Source: Kofleriaceae bacterium (GTDB lineage: Bacteria; Myxococcota_A; Polyangia; Haliangiales; Haliangiaceae). Taken from it: DNA of 64,000 bases. The stretch spans positions 208,242-272,241 of the forward strand of contig DASTLB010000022.1 of the NCBI GenBank assembly GCA_035715365.1, given 5' to 3'. The notes beneath the pieces are model-generated. The model was not told where the DNA came from and did no database searches. It saw only the letters and a program-made list of their open reading frames with translations. A program made the translations under genes and the position numbers. Below, one piece after another: positions 8,936 to 21,947 of this stretch. The first letter of the stretch is position 1, and every line of letters starts with the position of its first letter.

Positions 8936-10078
8936 ATGCGCACAGCCGTCCTGTGTGTGCTCGCGATCGGCTGCAAGTTCGAGCCGAGCCCGGCCGGTGA
9001 TGGCGGTGCGATCGGCGATGTCCCGCGCGACCTGCCCGACACGCCCGGCGGCTGCCAGTCGTACTCGACGCAGTTCGACACCTGCACGGTCGTGCCGCCC
9101 GGTGGCCCCGGCGCCGCGCTGCTGCTGAACGGCAACAACACGTACGACACCGACAGCGGCAACCTCGTCACGCCCGCGGGCTCGGTCGCGGTCACGCATC
9201 TCCAGGTCACGTCGCCCGCCGGCAAGATCGACGTCGTGTTCGTCGATGGCTTCACGCTCGGGACCGGCGCCACGCTGCGCGTCGACGGCGGGTTGCCGTT
9301 CGGGATCGCGTCGACCGGCGAGCTACGCGTCGACGGCTTGATCGATCTGTCCGACGACGGCGCGGGTGCGCGCAGCGACACCGCGTGCGCGGGCTCCGTC
9401 GGTGCGGACGCGAGCAATCGCAGCGGCGGCGCCGGCGGTGGTGGCGGCGGTGGTTTTCAGGGCACCGGCGGCACCGGCGGTCCCGGCGACAAGGACGGCG
9501 GCCCGGTCGCGGGTGCGGCGGGCGGCGTCGCGATCGCGTTGCCCGCGGGGCTCGTCGGCGGCTGCGACGGTGGGGGCGGCGGCGATGGTCAGGGCGGCGC
9601 GAGCGGCGGCAGTGCCGGCGATGGCGGCGGCGCGGTCCTGCTCGCATCGGCAACCGCGGTGCGGATCAGCGGCGCGATCAACGTCGGCGGCGGAGGCGGC
9701 GTGCGCGGTGGCGGCAACGGCGCGAGCGGCGGCGGTGGCGGCTCGGGCGGGATGATCCTCGTCGAGTCACCGCTCGTCGAGGTCAGCGGCGTGCTCGCGG
9801 CGAACGGCGGCGGCGGCGGTGAAGGCCAGACCACCGGCCAGAGCGGTAGCGTCGGGCTCGCCTCGGATCAGCCCGCGCCCGGCGGTGCCGGTGGCGATCC
9901 CGACGGCGGCGATGCCGGCAACGGCGGCGCGGGTGCGTCGCTCGCGGGCGGCTCGCCGGCCGATCTGCAAGATGGCGGCGGCGGTGGTGGCGGCGGGGGC
10001 GTGGGCTACGTCGGCATCCACTGCCCCGCGCCGACGATCAGCGGGATCGTGTCTCCCGCGGTCACGACGATCCCCTGA
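8936..10078 (+). CDS. Glycine-rich secreted lipoprotein, hypothetical
   Basis: The internal Met gives MRTAVLCVLAIGC with a lipobox. About 35% Gly, with runs of up to 10 Gly (GGGGGGGGGVGY). Possibly a beta-helix or adhesin-like protein. Confidence 0.5.
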   Translation: MRTAVLCVLAIGCKFEPSPAGDGGAIGDVPRDLPDTPGGCQSYSTQFDTCTVVPPGGPGAALLLNGNNTYDTDSGNLVTPAGSVAVTHLQVTSPAGKIDVVFVDGFTLGTGATLRVDGGLPFGIASTGELRVDGLIDLSDDGAGARSDTACAGSVGADASNRSGGAGGGGGGGFQGTGGTGGPGDKDGGPVAGAAGGVAIALPAGLVGGCDGGGGGDGQGGASGGSAGDGGGAVLLASATAVRISGAINVGGGGGVRGGGNGASGGGGGSGGMILVESPLVEVSGVLAANGGGGGEGQTTGQSGSVGLASDQPAPGGAGGDPDGGDAGNGGAGASLAGGSPADLQDGGGGGGGGGVGYVGIHCPAPTISGIVSPAVTTIP

Positions 10079-11518
<1,440 letters not shown>

Positions 11519-11613
11519 GGTGGGGTTGTCTTTCCACCGCCGCGCAGTTGCAAGCGTCTCGGGTCGCTATCGCGCGGTCGCGCGGGCTGCGACAGCCTGG
11601 CTCACCGCCACCG

Positions 11614-11943
11614 TCACTGCTCGGTCGGCGGCGGTGCCGGCCGGGTCGCGTGCTCGAACATCCGGTTCTCGTCGAACGTGCCGTAGATCCCGACGAGCGG
11701 CGCCGCACCGCCGAGCAGCCACGACGCGATCGCGGCCGCGCTGACGCCGGCATCGACCGCCGGCCCCGACGCCGCCGGCGCACGCGTCGCCTGATGCTCG
11801 GAGTGGGGCGAGCTCGCCGGCGTCTCGACGAGCGGTCGCGTCAGATCGGGATCGCGTGGCGATTGCTGGGTCCCCATCGGCAACAGCGCGAGCTTCGCCG
11901 GTCCGCAGCCGGCCAGCACGATCGCGATCACGAGCCCGCGCAC
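11614..11943 (-). CDS. Small lipoprotein, hypothetical
   Basis: MRGLVIAIVLAGC signal peptide with a lipobox. Confidence 0.45.
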   Translation of the reverse strand: MRGLVIAIVLAGCGPAKLALLPMGTQQSPRDPDLTRPLVETPASSPHSEHQATRAPAASGPAVDAGVSAAAIASWLLGGAAPLVGIYGTFDENRMFEHATRPAPPPTEQ

Positions 11944-11960
11944 GCGCGCATGATACGCGG

Positions 11961-12449
11961 TCAGCGCGACGTGCGGCGCGCCGGCTTCTTCGACGCCCGC
12001 TTCGTCGTGACCTTCTTCACGGACGGCGACTTCTTGGCCGGCTTCTTCGCCGGCTTCTTCGCCGGTTTGTTTTCCGGCTTCGTCGCCGGCTTCGGCTTCT
12101 TCTTCTGCTTCGCCGGCAGCGTCCGTGCGTGGTCGAAGGCGCGGCGCAGCCAGTCGCGCAGCTCGGCCGGCTCGTCGAGCACGGCCTCGGGCATGAACAC
12201 GGTGTTCGACATCACGCGGCCGTTGCCCATCGGATCGAACGGCTCGGCACCGTCGAGCTGCATCGCCTCGGCGTAGTCCGCCTCGCCGAGCTTGACGATG
12301 AACGACTTGCCGAACAGCCCGCCGAACATGTTGCCGTTCACGAGCGCGGCGAGGCCGCCGAACATCTTGAGCGTCTCGACGCGCGGATCCTTCGGCAGCG
12401 CCGCCCGCAGCACGTCATGGTTCTCGGCCGGAATCTTCACCCACGCCAT
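11961..12449 (-). CDS. TfoX N-terminal-domain protein with a Lys/Pro-rich tail
   Basis: Only the last 162 aa of the track ORF 11961-12752 are protein-like. MAWVKIP...LKMFGGLAALVNGNMFGGLFGKSFIVKL is a TfoX_N-like block. The C-terminal tail is KKPAKKPAKK. Confidence 0.6.
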   Translation of the reverse strand: MAWVKIPAENHDVLRAALPKDPRVETLKMFGGLAALVNGNMFGGLFGKSFIVKLGEADYAEAMQLDGAEPFDPMGNGRVMSNTVFMPEAVLDEPAELRDWLRRAFDHARTLPAKQKKKPKPATKPENKPAKKPAKKPAKKSPSVKKVTTKRASKKPARRTSR

Positions 12450-12469
12450 GGCGGGGTTGTAACGCGCCC

Positions 12470-13795
<1,326 letters not shown>

Positions 13796-13969
13796 CGACA
13801 GGCGCGCAGGGTACCCCAGCGATCGATGTGCCGCAGCCCTTGCCCGAGCGCATCAGGCAAGTCTTGCCGTGGTCGGCAAGTGTTGCCGTCCGCAACGCGC
13901 GCTCGCGTCGTCGATTCGCGGAGTTCACGCGCAGCGTCGCGTGGTCCGCTTCGTGCTCGGCGGCACCGC

Positions 13970-15346
13970 ATGCGCAAACTGCCGAGCCTGGTCCTCGTGG
14001 TGGTCGCGGCGTGTGGCGACGGCACACCTGCACCTGCCACCGACGCGTCCCCTCCTCCTGATGTCCGCGAACCGGACGCTGCCTCGCCGACCGAGGACGA
14101 CTTCACCGCCGAGGAGCTCGCGATCCTCGCGACGCTGTCGCCGCTGCCCGCGGTCCCGGCGGATCCGACGAACGCGTTCGCCGACGATCCGAAGGCGGCC
14201 GCGCTCGGTCAGATGCTGTTCTTCGACAAGAGCTACTCCGGTGCGCTGATCGTCGGCGACGACGGCACGAACGGCGGGCTCGGCATGGTCGGCGAGACCG
14301 GCAAGGTCGCGTGCGCGAGCTGTCACTCCGCGGGCAGCGCGAACCTCGACGATCAGCGCACGATCCCGAACCACGTCTCGCTCGGCACGAACTACACGCC
14401 GCGCAACGCGCACGGCCTCGTCAACTCGGCGTTCTATCGCTGGGGCAACTGGGGCGGCCGGTTCGACTCGCAGTGGGCCCTGCCGCTCGCGGTCGCCGAG
14501 AACGCGAACCTGATGCGCAGCACGCGGCTCGACATCGCGCACATGCTGTTCAGGAAGTATCGCGCGCAGTACGACGCGACGTTCCCGGTGCCGCTCGATC
14601 CGGCGCTCGATCCGAACGCGGCCGACGCGTCGCGGTTTCCGCCGAGCGGCAAGCCGAAGGCGCTCGCGACCGATCCCGACGGCGCGTTCGAGGCGATGAC
14701 CGTCGAGGATCGCGCGATCGCGAACCGGATCTTCGTCAACTACGGCAAGGCGATCGCGGCGTACACGCGCACGCTCGTCAGCCGCGACGCCGCGTTCGAT
14801 CGCTATGTCGCCGGCGACCGGACCGCGATCTCGACGTCCGCGAAGCGCGGCCTCCACCTGTTCCTCGCGCACTGCACCGGCTGCCACACCGGGCCGAACC
14901 TCGCCGACGACGAGTTCCACGCGCTCGCGGTGCCACAGCGCGGCGATCACGTGCCGGCGACCGACCTCGGCCGGTTCCAGGACGTGCCGGGTCTGCTCGC
15001 GAGCCCGTTCAACACCGCGGGCGCATTCTCCGACGACACCACGACCGGCAAGCTCGACGGCCTCGTCCAGGCCGACGCGCAGAAGGGCCAGTTCCGCACG
15101 AAAAGCCTGCGCGGCGTGGCCCAGTCGGCGCCATACATGCACGCGGGCCAGCTCGCGACGCTCGCCGACGTGGTCGCGTTCTACAACGCGGGAGGCGGCG
15201 ATCCGGGCACGACCGGGATCGTGAAGGATCCGAAGCTCGCGCCGCTCGGGCTCACCGCCGAGCAACAGGCGGATCTCGTCGCGTTCCTGCAGACGCTGAC
15301 CGGCGAGCCGGTGCCCGCGATGCGGGTGACCGACACGTCGAAGTAG
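13970..15346 (+). CDS. Di-haem cytochrome c peroxidase family lipoprotein
   Basis: The internal Met gives MRKLPSLVLVVVAACGDG with a lipobox. Two CxxCH motifs (CASCHS, CTGCHTG). Family-typical GFRTKSLRGVAQSAPYMHAG block. The 5' 144 nt of the track ORF is treated as leader. Confidence 0.8.
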   Translation: MRKLPSLVLVVVAACGDGTPAPATDASPPPDVREPDAASPTEDDFTAEELAILATLSPLPAVPADPTNAFADDPKAAALGQMLFFDKSYSGALIVGDDGTNGGLGMVGETGKVACASCHSAGSANLDDQRTIPNHVSLGTNYTPRNAHGLVNSAFYRWGNWGGRFDSQWALPLAVAENANLMRSTRLDIAHMLFRKYRAQYDATFPVPLDPALDPNAADASRFPPSGKPKALATDPDGAFEAMTVEDRAIANRIFVNYGKAIAAYTRTLVSRDAAFDRYVAGDRTAISTSAKRGLHLFLAHCTGCHTGPNLADDEFHALAVPQRGDHVPATDLGRFQDVPGLLASPFNTAGAFSDDTTTGKLDGLVQADAQKGQFRTKSLRGVAQSAPYMHAGQLATLADVVAFYNAGGGDPGTTGIVKDPKLAPLGLTAEQQADLVAFLQTLTGEPVPAMRVTDTSK

Positions 15347-15507
15347 ACAACGTGGGTGGCGTTGTCGGGGGGTCGGGCGGCGGGACAGGGGTTTTCAGGG
15401 CTGCGTCGTGCGCCGCCGGCACAGTGTCGGCGCGACTCACGATCGCGGCACATCGCGTGAACACCGGCCAGCCATGGACCCGAGCGCGGCTCGGGATGGA
15501 GGTCGGT

Positions 15508-16887
15508 ATGAGGCTCGTGCAAGGTGGCGTGATCGTCGCGTGGATCCTCGGGGCATGCACCTCGCCGACGCGCGACGGGGTGAACGGCGTCGGCGAGGGC
15601 AGCGGTGACAGCGACGCGGGGCCTGGCCAGGATCACTGCGACGGCGGTGCGCCGGATGCGCCGCCGTCGACGTGCGCCGTGACCGGGGCGCCCGGCACGA
15701 TCGGTCCGGAGCTCGAGCTGCCGCCGAACGCGGGCGCTGCGGTCGTGGTGGCCGACCGCGATGGCAACGTGCTGTACGTCGGTCCGGACGGCGTCACGAA
15801 GCTCGATGCCGCGCTCGCGCCGGTCTACACGTATCCGCACGGCGAGGTCGTCGCGGTCGACGACGTGGGCCACGCGTTCGTCGCAGGCGCGTTCCGCGAG
15901 CCGACGGAGTTCGGCACGGGCGTGCTCGTCCCGAACGACAACGTCGACGTGTTCCTCGTCGAGCTGTCGCCGAGCGGCGAGGTCGTGTTCGCCACCCAGC
16001 TCGGCGAGTGCGGCGGCGACGGCGTGCGGAGCATCGCGGTCGCGCGCGACGGCCGGATCGCGATCTCCGGCGCCGACATGGGCACGGTCGTCACCGACGC
16101 GCATGGCGCGATCGTGTTCCGGCTCGCTCCCTCGGGCGCGCTCGCGTTCGATACCCACGGCGAGCTCGTGATCGCCGGCGCGTTCGCGGGCGAGCTCGAT
16201 CTCGGCGACGCGCACCGGCTGTCGACGACCTCGCCGAGCGACATCGACGCGTTCGTCGCGCGCTACGACGAGCACGGTTGCTTCGACTTCGGGATCCAGC
16301 TCGGCGACGCGCCGCTGCCGGTGCACATCGACGGCTACGGCGACGTCACGACGCCGCGCACGCAGGTGATCGACGGCGTCGCGACCGGGCTCGACGATTC
16401 GATCGCGATCACCGGCGCGTTCCTCTACGAGATCGATCTGTTCGGCGCGACGCTGACCGAGCAGCCATCGTTTCCGTCCGGACACCTCGCCGGGACGTTC
16501 GTCGCGAAGCTCGCGGCCGATGGCTCCGTCGTGTTCGCGCGCTCGACGTGGTCCGCGAACGAGGCGCTCCCGATCGGCGGGCTACGCATCTTCTCGGCTC
16601 CGCTCGCGCCGTCACCGGGCACCGCGATCGCCGTCGATGCGACCGGCCGCGTGGTCGTCAGCGCCAACACGCCGGGCAACACGCAGCCACCGTTCGCGTA
16701 TCCACAGCTCACGCGCTACGACGCGGTCACCGGCGCGAGCGACCTGTCGATCGGCAACACGATCGGGCCTGCGGGCTACGGCCTCGGCGTCGCGATCGAC
16801 GGCTGCGCGAACCTCGTGTGGGCACGGCTCGAGAACACGCCGAGCCTGTTCTTCCCGCACGTGTTCATCGCGAAGCTCGCGCCGTGA
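15508..16887 (+). CDS. Lipoprotein with a repetitive beta-strand-rich domain, hypothetical
   Basis: The real part of track ORF 14311-16887 begins MRLVQGGVIVAWILGAC with a lipobox. The upstream part of that ORF overlaps the peroxidase gene in another frame. Confidence 0.55.
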   Translation: MRLVQGGVIVAWILGACTSPTRDGVNGVGEGSGDSDAGPGQDHCDGGAPDAPPSTCAVTGAPGTIGPELELPPNAGAAVVVADRDGNVLYVGPDGVTKLDAALAPVYTYPHGEVVAVDDVGHAFVAGAFREPTEFGTGVLVPNDNVDVFLVELSPSGEVVFATQLGECGGDGVRSIAVARDGRIAISGADMGTVVTDAHGAIVFRLAPSGALAFDTHGELVIAGAFAGELDLGDAHRLSTTSPSDIDAFVARYDEHGCFDFGIQLGDAPLPVHIDGYGDVTTPRTQVIDGVATGLDDSIAITGAFLYEIDLFGATLTEQPSFPSGHLAGTFVAKLAADGSVVFARSTWSANEALPIGGLRIFSAPLAPSPGTAIAVDATGRVVVSANTPGNTQPPFAYPQLTRYDAVTGASDLSIGNTIGPAGYGLGVAIDGCANLVWARLENTPSLFFPHVFIAKLAP

Positions 16888-17949
16888 TCACTTGCGCGCG
16901 ACGGCGGCGAGCTTCTCCTCGACCATGATGTCGGCGACCTTGTACGTCGGCGCCGCGAGCTTCTTGCTGCGATCGCAGATGTCGTAGATCGTGTCGTAGA
17001 TCTTCATCGTCTTGTCGCGCGCGGCGGCGGCGTCGTAGCCCTTGACCTCCTGCGCGACGTTGACGAGCCCGCCCGCGTTGATCGCGTAGTCGGGCGCGTA
17101 CAGGATGCCGCGCGCGTGGAGGTCGTCGCCGTGGCGCGGCTCGGCGAGCTGGTTGTTCGCGGCGCCGGCGACGATCCGCGCCTTGAGGAACGGCACGGTC
17201 TGGTCGTTGAGGCCGGCACCGAGCGCGCACGGCGCGAACACGTCGCAGTCGACGTATGCGATCTTGTCGATGTCGACGACCGCCGCGCCGAACTCGCGCT
17301 CGGCGCGCTCGCTCTTGAGCTTGTCGACGTCGGCGACCGTGAGCTTCGCGCCCGCCTCGTGGAGCTGCTTGCACAGGTGGTAGCCGACGTGGCCGACGCC
17401 CTGGACGGCGACGTGCACGTTCTTCAGGGTGTCGCGGCCGAGCTTGAACTTGACGCACGCCTCGATGCCGCGGCGCACGCCGAGCGCGGTGAACGGCGAC
17501 GGATCGCCGGAGCCGCCGTGCGACGGATCGACGCCGGTCACGTGCTTCGTCACGGTGCGCACGATCTCCATGTCCTCGAGGCCGGTGCCGCTGTCCTCGG
17601 CGGTGATGTAGTGGCCGCGCAGATCCTCGATGAAGCGGCCGAACGCGCGGAACAGCGCGACGCGATCGAAGCGATGGCGCGGCCGGATGATCACGCTCTT
17701 GCCGCCGCCGTGCGGGAGCCCCGCGAGCGCGGCCTTGTACGTCATGCCGCGCGCGAGCCGGAGCGCGTCGATGTACGCCGCCTCGTCGGTGTCGTACTCG
17801 ATGAAGCGGCAGCCGCCGAGCGCGGGGCCGAGCCGCGAGTCGTGGATCGCGACGATCGCGCGCAGCCCGGTCGCCTTGTCGAGCCGAAAGTGGACCTCGC
17901 CGAAGTCGTAGGTCGAGAGCTTGCCAAAGACATCCATTGCCGCGGTCAT
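16888..17949 (-). CDS. Leu/Phe/Val dehydrogenase (Glu/Leu/Phe/Val dehydrogenase superfamily)
   Basis: 353 aa, a length typical of LeuDH. GGGK catalytic block (LPHGGGKSVII) and a Rossmann GVGHVG motif. Confidence 0.8.
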   Translation of the reverse strand: MTAAMDVFGKLSTYDFGEVHFRLDKATGLRAIVAIHDSRLGPALGGCRFIEYDTDEAAYIDALRLARGMTYKAALAGLPHGGGKSVIIRPRHRFDRVALFRAFGRFIEDLRGHYITAEDSGTGLEDMEIVRTVTKHVTGVDPSHGGSGDPSPFTALGVRRGIEACVKFKLGRDTLKNVHVAVQGVGHVGYHLCKQLHEAGAKLTVADVDKLKSERAEREFGAAVVDIDKIAYVDCDVFAPCALGAGLNDQTVPFLKARIVAGAANNQLAEPRHGDDLHARGILYAPDYAINAGGLVNVAQEVKGYDAAAARDKTMKIYDTIYDICDRSKKLAAPTYKVADIMVEEKLAAVARK

Positions 17950-18006
17950 AGAACCCGGGCCCGCGGTTGTCCATGCCTCGACCGGTACAGAACGATTCAG
18001 AACGAT

Positions 18007-18828
18007 TCAGTCGGCGCAGGTCTCGGGGACGTCGGCGATGCCGTGCGTCACGGGCAGCGGCGGCGCGTTGCGCGCGGACTCGCACGTCGCGCCGATCCCG
18101 AAGCCTTCGGCCGGTGCGCGGCGAACCCGGGCCTCGGTCTCGGGCCCGTACGAGCCGTCCTCGGCGATCTGATCGTCCGGCGCGTTGCGGTTCCACAGCC
18201 GCTGGAACGCGAGCACGTCCGCGCCACGGATGTCTTCGGACGCGAGGTGATCGAAGTGCACCGGATCGCCGGGCACGTCGTGCGCCCAGCCGACGTCATC
18301 GAACAGGCCGATCCAGTCGCCGTAGTTCGACAGATCGAGCGCACGCCCGCTCTCGTGGTTCGAGCGCCCCGGCTCGGCGGCCGCCGTGATCCCGCAGCGT
18401 CCGAGCTCGAACCACCGCCGCAGCAAGTACTGCTGGACGACGGTGCGAAACGCGCTGTTCACCTGCACCGTGCCGCCCCGATTCGCGGCGGCGTAGAGGT
18501 CCGCGCGCGCGCCCTCGCCGAGGTACGGCAGGACCGCCGAGCCCGAGAACTGGACGTGCGCGGTCTCGTCGAACCGCACGAGCTGCCCGGGCAGCATGCA
18601 GTTGACCTCCTCGGCGATCTGCTTCGACAGCGCGAGCACCGTCGACGTCGAGCACGACGTCGTCTCGAAGCTGCTGACCGGGGTGCCCTCGATCGACGGA
18701 TCGCCCATCGGCGGCGGATCGACTGGATCGGGATCGGGGCCGGGGTCATCGTCGCCCATCATCGAGGGCTCCCCGGCGACGCAACCGACGAGACCCACGA
18801 CGAGGAGCGAGATCCAGAGCGAGCGCAT
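18007..18828 (-). CDS. M15-family D-Ala-D-Ala carboxypeptidase-like lipoprotein (VanY-like)
   Basis: The internal Met of track ORF 18007-19239 gives MRSLWISLLVVGLVGC with a lipobox. SNHESGRALDL and VHFDH Zn-binding motifs. The upstream 137 codons are Arg/Ser/Pro junk. Confidence 0.65.
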   Translation of the reverse strand: MRSLWISLLVVGLVGCVAGEPSMMGDDDPGPDPDPVDPPPMGDPSIEGTPVSSFETTSCSTSTVLALSKQIAEEVNCMLPGQLVRFDETAHVQFSGSAVLPYLGEGARADLYAAANRGGTVQVNSAFRTVVQQYLLRRWFELGRCGITAAAEPGRSNHESGRALDLSNYGDWIGLFDDVGWAHDVPGDPVHFDHLASEDIRGADVLAFQRLWNRNAPDDQIAEDGSYGPETEARVRRAPAEGFGIGATCESARNAPPLPVTHGIADVPETCAD

Positions 18829-18965
18829 CGGGACCCGCCCTAGGAGCAATGGCCATGCCCGCGGGCACGCTCGACGTTCTCGCGACTTGCGCGGCTCCCG
18901 ACTGCGGACAGCAGGTGGCAGTGCAACTCGGGACCTGCAGCGAGGGTTGGTGATATCCAATCGAG

Positions 18966-19904
18966 GTGACGCACTCTCCCGACGGCGAGGACGTGTTCGC
19001 CGTGCTCGGCCTGCCGCGCGACGCGGAGCCGGAGACCGTGCGGCGCGTCTATGCCGACCTCGCGTTTCGCTGTCTCCCCGGGGTGAATCCGCCGGACGAG
19101 GCGGCGAGCGAGAAGCTGAAGCAGGCGACGCGCGCGTTCCAGATCTGGGCGCGCACGAACCCCGAGCGCGTCGCGGCGGTGATCGATCGCGAGACCCGCG
19201 CGATCTTCGATCTGATGGGCAACTTCTTCGGCGCGCCATCGATGCGGCGCGGCGGCGATCGCTACACGCGCGTCACGATCGCGTTCGTCGAGGCGCGCGA
19301 CGGCTGCGTGCGCACGATCGACGTGCTGCGCAAGCTGCCGTGCACGCGATGCGCGGGCACCGGCGCGCAGTACGGCGATCTGTATCCATGCGCGAGCTGC
19401 CGGCAGACCGGTCACCGCGCGCGACACGGTACGATCGGGCCGTGTCGCGATTGCGACGGCCGCGGCTGGTACGCGGATCTGCCGTGCGACTCGTGCGAAG
19501 GCGGGCTGCTCGAGGCGGTCGATCCGGTCGCGGTCCCGATCCCCGCGGGCGTCACGACCGGTCACGTGATGCGGATCCCGGGCCGTGGCGATCACGCATT
19601 TCGCGCGCCGCCCGGCGATCTGTACCTGACCGTCGAGGTCGATGCGATCGGCCACCTCGTGCGCCGCGACGACGACGTGGTGTTCGAGACGATCGTCACG
19701 CGCCGCCACCGGCTGTTCGGCGGCTCGCTCGAGGTGCTGACGCTCGACGGACCGACGACGATCCAGGTCCCGCGCGGCGTCCGCGACGGCGACACGCTCG
19801 TGCTCGCAGGCAAGGGCCACGCGCGCAGCTCGCAGCCGACCGGCGATCCATATCGCGGTGGGCCAGCGCGCGGCGATCAGATCATCGTGTTCCGCCGCCG
19901 CTGA
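18966..19904 (+). CDS. DnaJ-like protein with a degenerate J-domain (no HPD) and a four-CxxC Zn-finger domain
   Basis: J-like N-terminus VFAVLGLPRDAEPETVRRVYADLAFRCLPGVNP, where HPD is replaced by LPG. Four CxxCxGxG motifs (CTRCAGTG, CASCRQTG, CRDCDGRG, CDSCEGG). DnaJ C-terminal-like beta region. Confidence 0.7.
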   Translation: MTHSPDGEDVFAVLGLPRDAEPETVRRVYADLAFRCLPGVNPPDEAASEKLKQATRAFQIWARTNPERVAAVIDRETRAIFDLMGNFFGAPSMRRGGDRYTRVTIAFVEARDGCVRTIDVLRKLPCTRCAGTGAQYGDLYPCASCRQTGHRARHGTIGPCRDCDGRGWYADLPCDSCEGGLLEAVDPVAVPIPAGVTTGHVMRIPGRGDHAFRAPPGDLYLTVEVDAIGHLVRRDDDVVFETIVTRRHRLFGGSLEVLTLDGPTTIQVPRGVRDGDTLVLAGKGHARSSQPTGDPYRGGPARGDQIIVFRRR

Positions 19905-19978
19905 CGCGATCGCGCCAGCGGTGTCGAGAATGCGCCACGGCATGACAAACGCGTTACTCCTCGACGAGGAATCGGCTA

Positions 19979-21946
19979 GTGTCCGCCGCGATGACGAGGA
20001 CGAGTGCTCTCTGGATGGCTCTGCTGCTGGCGGCGTGCGGCGGTGGAGATCGCGAGCTCGCCACGCCGGCGCGCTGCAACCCGCTCGGCGGCACGCGCTG
20101 TGTCGCGCCATGGCCTTCGGCGATCTACGAGGTCGACGACGCGACGACCGCGAGTGGCCGCCGGGTCGCGATCCCGGATGGCGCGCTGCCGACGAACATC
20201 GACGGCATCGCGATCGATCCGGCGCGGTGGAACGGCCAGGACGGCTTCTCGTCGGCCGCACCGATGCTGATGGCGTTCCCGACCGGCATCGACGGCTCGA
20301 ACCTCGTGCACTACACGAACTACGCGGCGAGCACGACCGACGCGAGCCCGACCGTGCTGATCGACATGTCGACCGGCGAGCTCGTCCCGCACTTCGCCGA
20401 GCTCGACGCGCCCGCGGCAGACGATCCCGCGAGTCAGGCGCTGTTCATCCGCTCGGCGCAGCTGCTGAAGGGCAGCACGCGCTACGCCGTCGCGATCAGG
20501 AAGACGCTGAAGGCGAAGGACGGCAGTGACCTGCCGATCCCGGAAGGCTTCCAGGCGATCCTCGACGGCGCGCCGACGACGCACGACCTGCTCGAGGCGG
20601 TGCGGCCGCGCTACGCGGACATCTTCGCGGCGCTCGAGGCGAAGGGCATCGCGAAGACCGACCTCGTCGTCGCGTGGGACTTCACGACCGCGTCGCGCGA
20701 GTCGGTGCGCGCCGATCTGCTGAACGCGCGCGACACCGCGCTCGCGATGATGGGCACCGACGGCGCGAACCTGACGTTCAGCGTCACGAGCGACGTCCCG
20801 CAGGGCGACGTCCGGATCGCGCGCCGGATCGACGGCGAGTTCGATGCGCCGCTGTTCCTCTCCGACGGCAGCGCGATCGCACCACCGAGCGTGACGCTGC
20901 TGCGCGACGCGGCGGGCAAGCCGATGGCGAACGGCCTCTACCGCGTGCCATTCACCGCGATCATCCCGCAGTGCGCGATCGACTCGACGACGCCGGTGCC
21001 GATGATCATCTACGGCCACGGTCTGCTCGGCGATGCGGAGCAGGTCGCGAGCTCGGGCACCCGCCACGCCGCGGCCGGTGTGTGCGCGGTCGTCGTCGGC
21101 ACCGACATGCGCGGCATGAGCGACGTCGACGTGCCGAACGTCGCGCTCGCGCTCAACGACGCGAACCACGGCGGCCTGATCTTCGACGTCCTCGTCCAGG
21201 GCATGATCAACCACGTCGCGATGGTGCAGATCGCGCGCGGCCCGATGGCGCAGACGCTGTTCACGCGCACCGGCGGCGGCTCGCTCGTCGATCCGTCGAA
21301 GTTCTACTACTACGGCATCTCGCAGGGCGGGATCATGGGCACGACGGTGTGCGCGATCGATCCGGTGATCGAGAAGTGCGTCGTCCAGGTCGGCGCGATC
21401 AACTACTCGACGCTGCTCGAGCGCTCGCGCGACTGGCCGACCTATCGCACGACGCTGTCCGGCGCGTACCCGAACGCGTTCGACGACGCCCTGATCATCA
21501 ACCTGATGCAGAACCAGTGGGACCGCACCGAGCCGACCGGCGTCGCCGACGTGATCCTCGGCGAGGGCTTCCCGGGCACGCCGAAGAAGCAGGTGTTCAT
21601 GCAGATCGCGATCGCCGACGACGAGGTCTCCAACGTCGCGAGCGAGTACCAGGCGCGCACGATGGGCATCCCCGTCCTGACGCCGTCGCCGTACATCCCG
21701 TTCGGCCTCGAGTCGACCTCGACGCCGGTCGGCAGCGGCATGATCATCTACGACTTCGGCCTCGGCGCGACGATCCCGCTGACGAACGAGGCGCCGCCGG
21801 ACAACGACGTGCACTCGAACATCCGCAACAAGCAGGCCACCGTCGACATGATGAAGCGGTTCTACGAGACCGGCGAGATCGTCCAGATGTGCACGGCGCC
21901 GACCGGCTGCGACTGCACCGTCGGCGGCTGCGGCGCGCAGCTCTAA
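19979..21946 (+). CDS. Secreted lipoprotein, alpha/beta-hydrolase-like (GxSxG)
   Basis: Signal peptide with lipobox (MALLLAACGG). GISQGG nucleophile-elbow-like motif. 655 aa. Family not recognised. Confidence 0.55.
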   Translation: MSAAMTRTSALWMALLLAACGGGDRELATPARCNPLGGTRCVAPWPSAIYEVDDATTASGRRVAIPDGALPTNIDGIAIDPARWNGQDGFSSAAPMLMAFPTGIDGSNLVHYTNYAASTTDASPTVLIDMSTGELVPHFAELDAPAADDPASQALFIRSAQLLKGSTRYAVAIRKTLKAKDGSDLPIPEGFQAILDGAPTTHDLLEAVRPRYADIFAALEAKGIAKTDLVVAWDFTTASRESVRADLLNARDTALAMMGTDGANLTFSVTSDVPQGDVRIARRIDGEFDAPLFLSDGSAIAPPSVTLLRDAAGKPMANGLYRVPFTAIIPQCAIDSTTPVPMIIYGHGLLGDAEQVASSGTRHAAAGVCAVVVGTDMRGMSDVDVPNVALALNDANHGGLIFDVLVQGMINHVAMVQIARGPMAQTLFTRTGGGSLVDPSKFYYYGISQGGIMGTTVCAIDPVIEKCVVQVGAINYSTLLERSRDWPTYRTTLSGAYPNAFDDALIINLMQNQWDRTEPTGVADVILGEGFPGTPKKQVFMQIAIADDEVSNVASEYQARTMGIPVLTPSPYIPFGLESTSTPVGSGMIIYDFGLGATIPLTNEAPPDNDVHSNIRNKQATVDMMKRFYETGEIVQMCTAPTGCDCTVGGCGAQL

Positions 21947-21947
21947 C

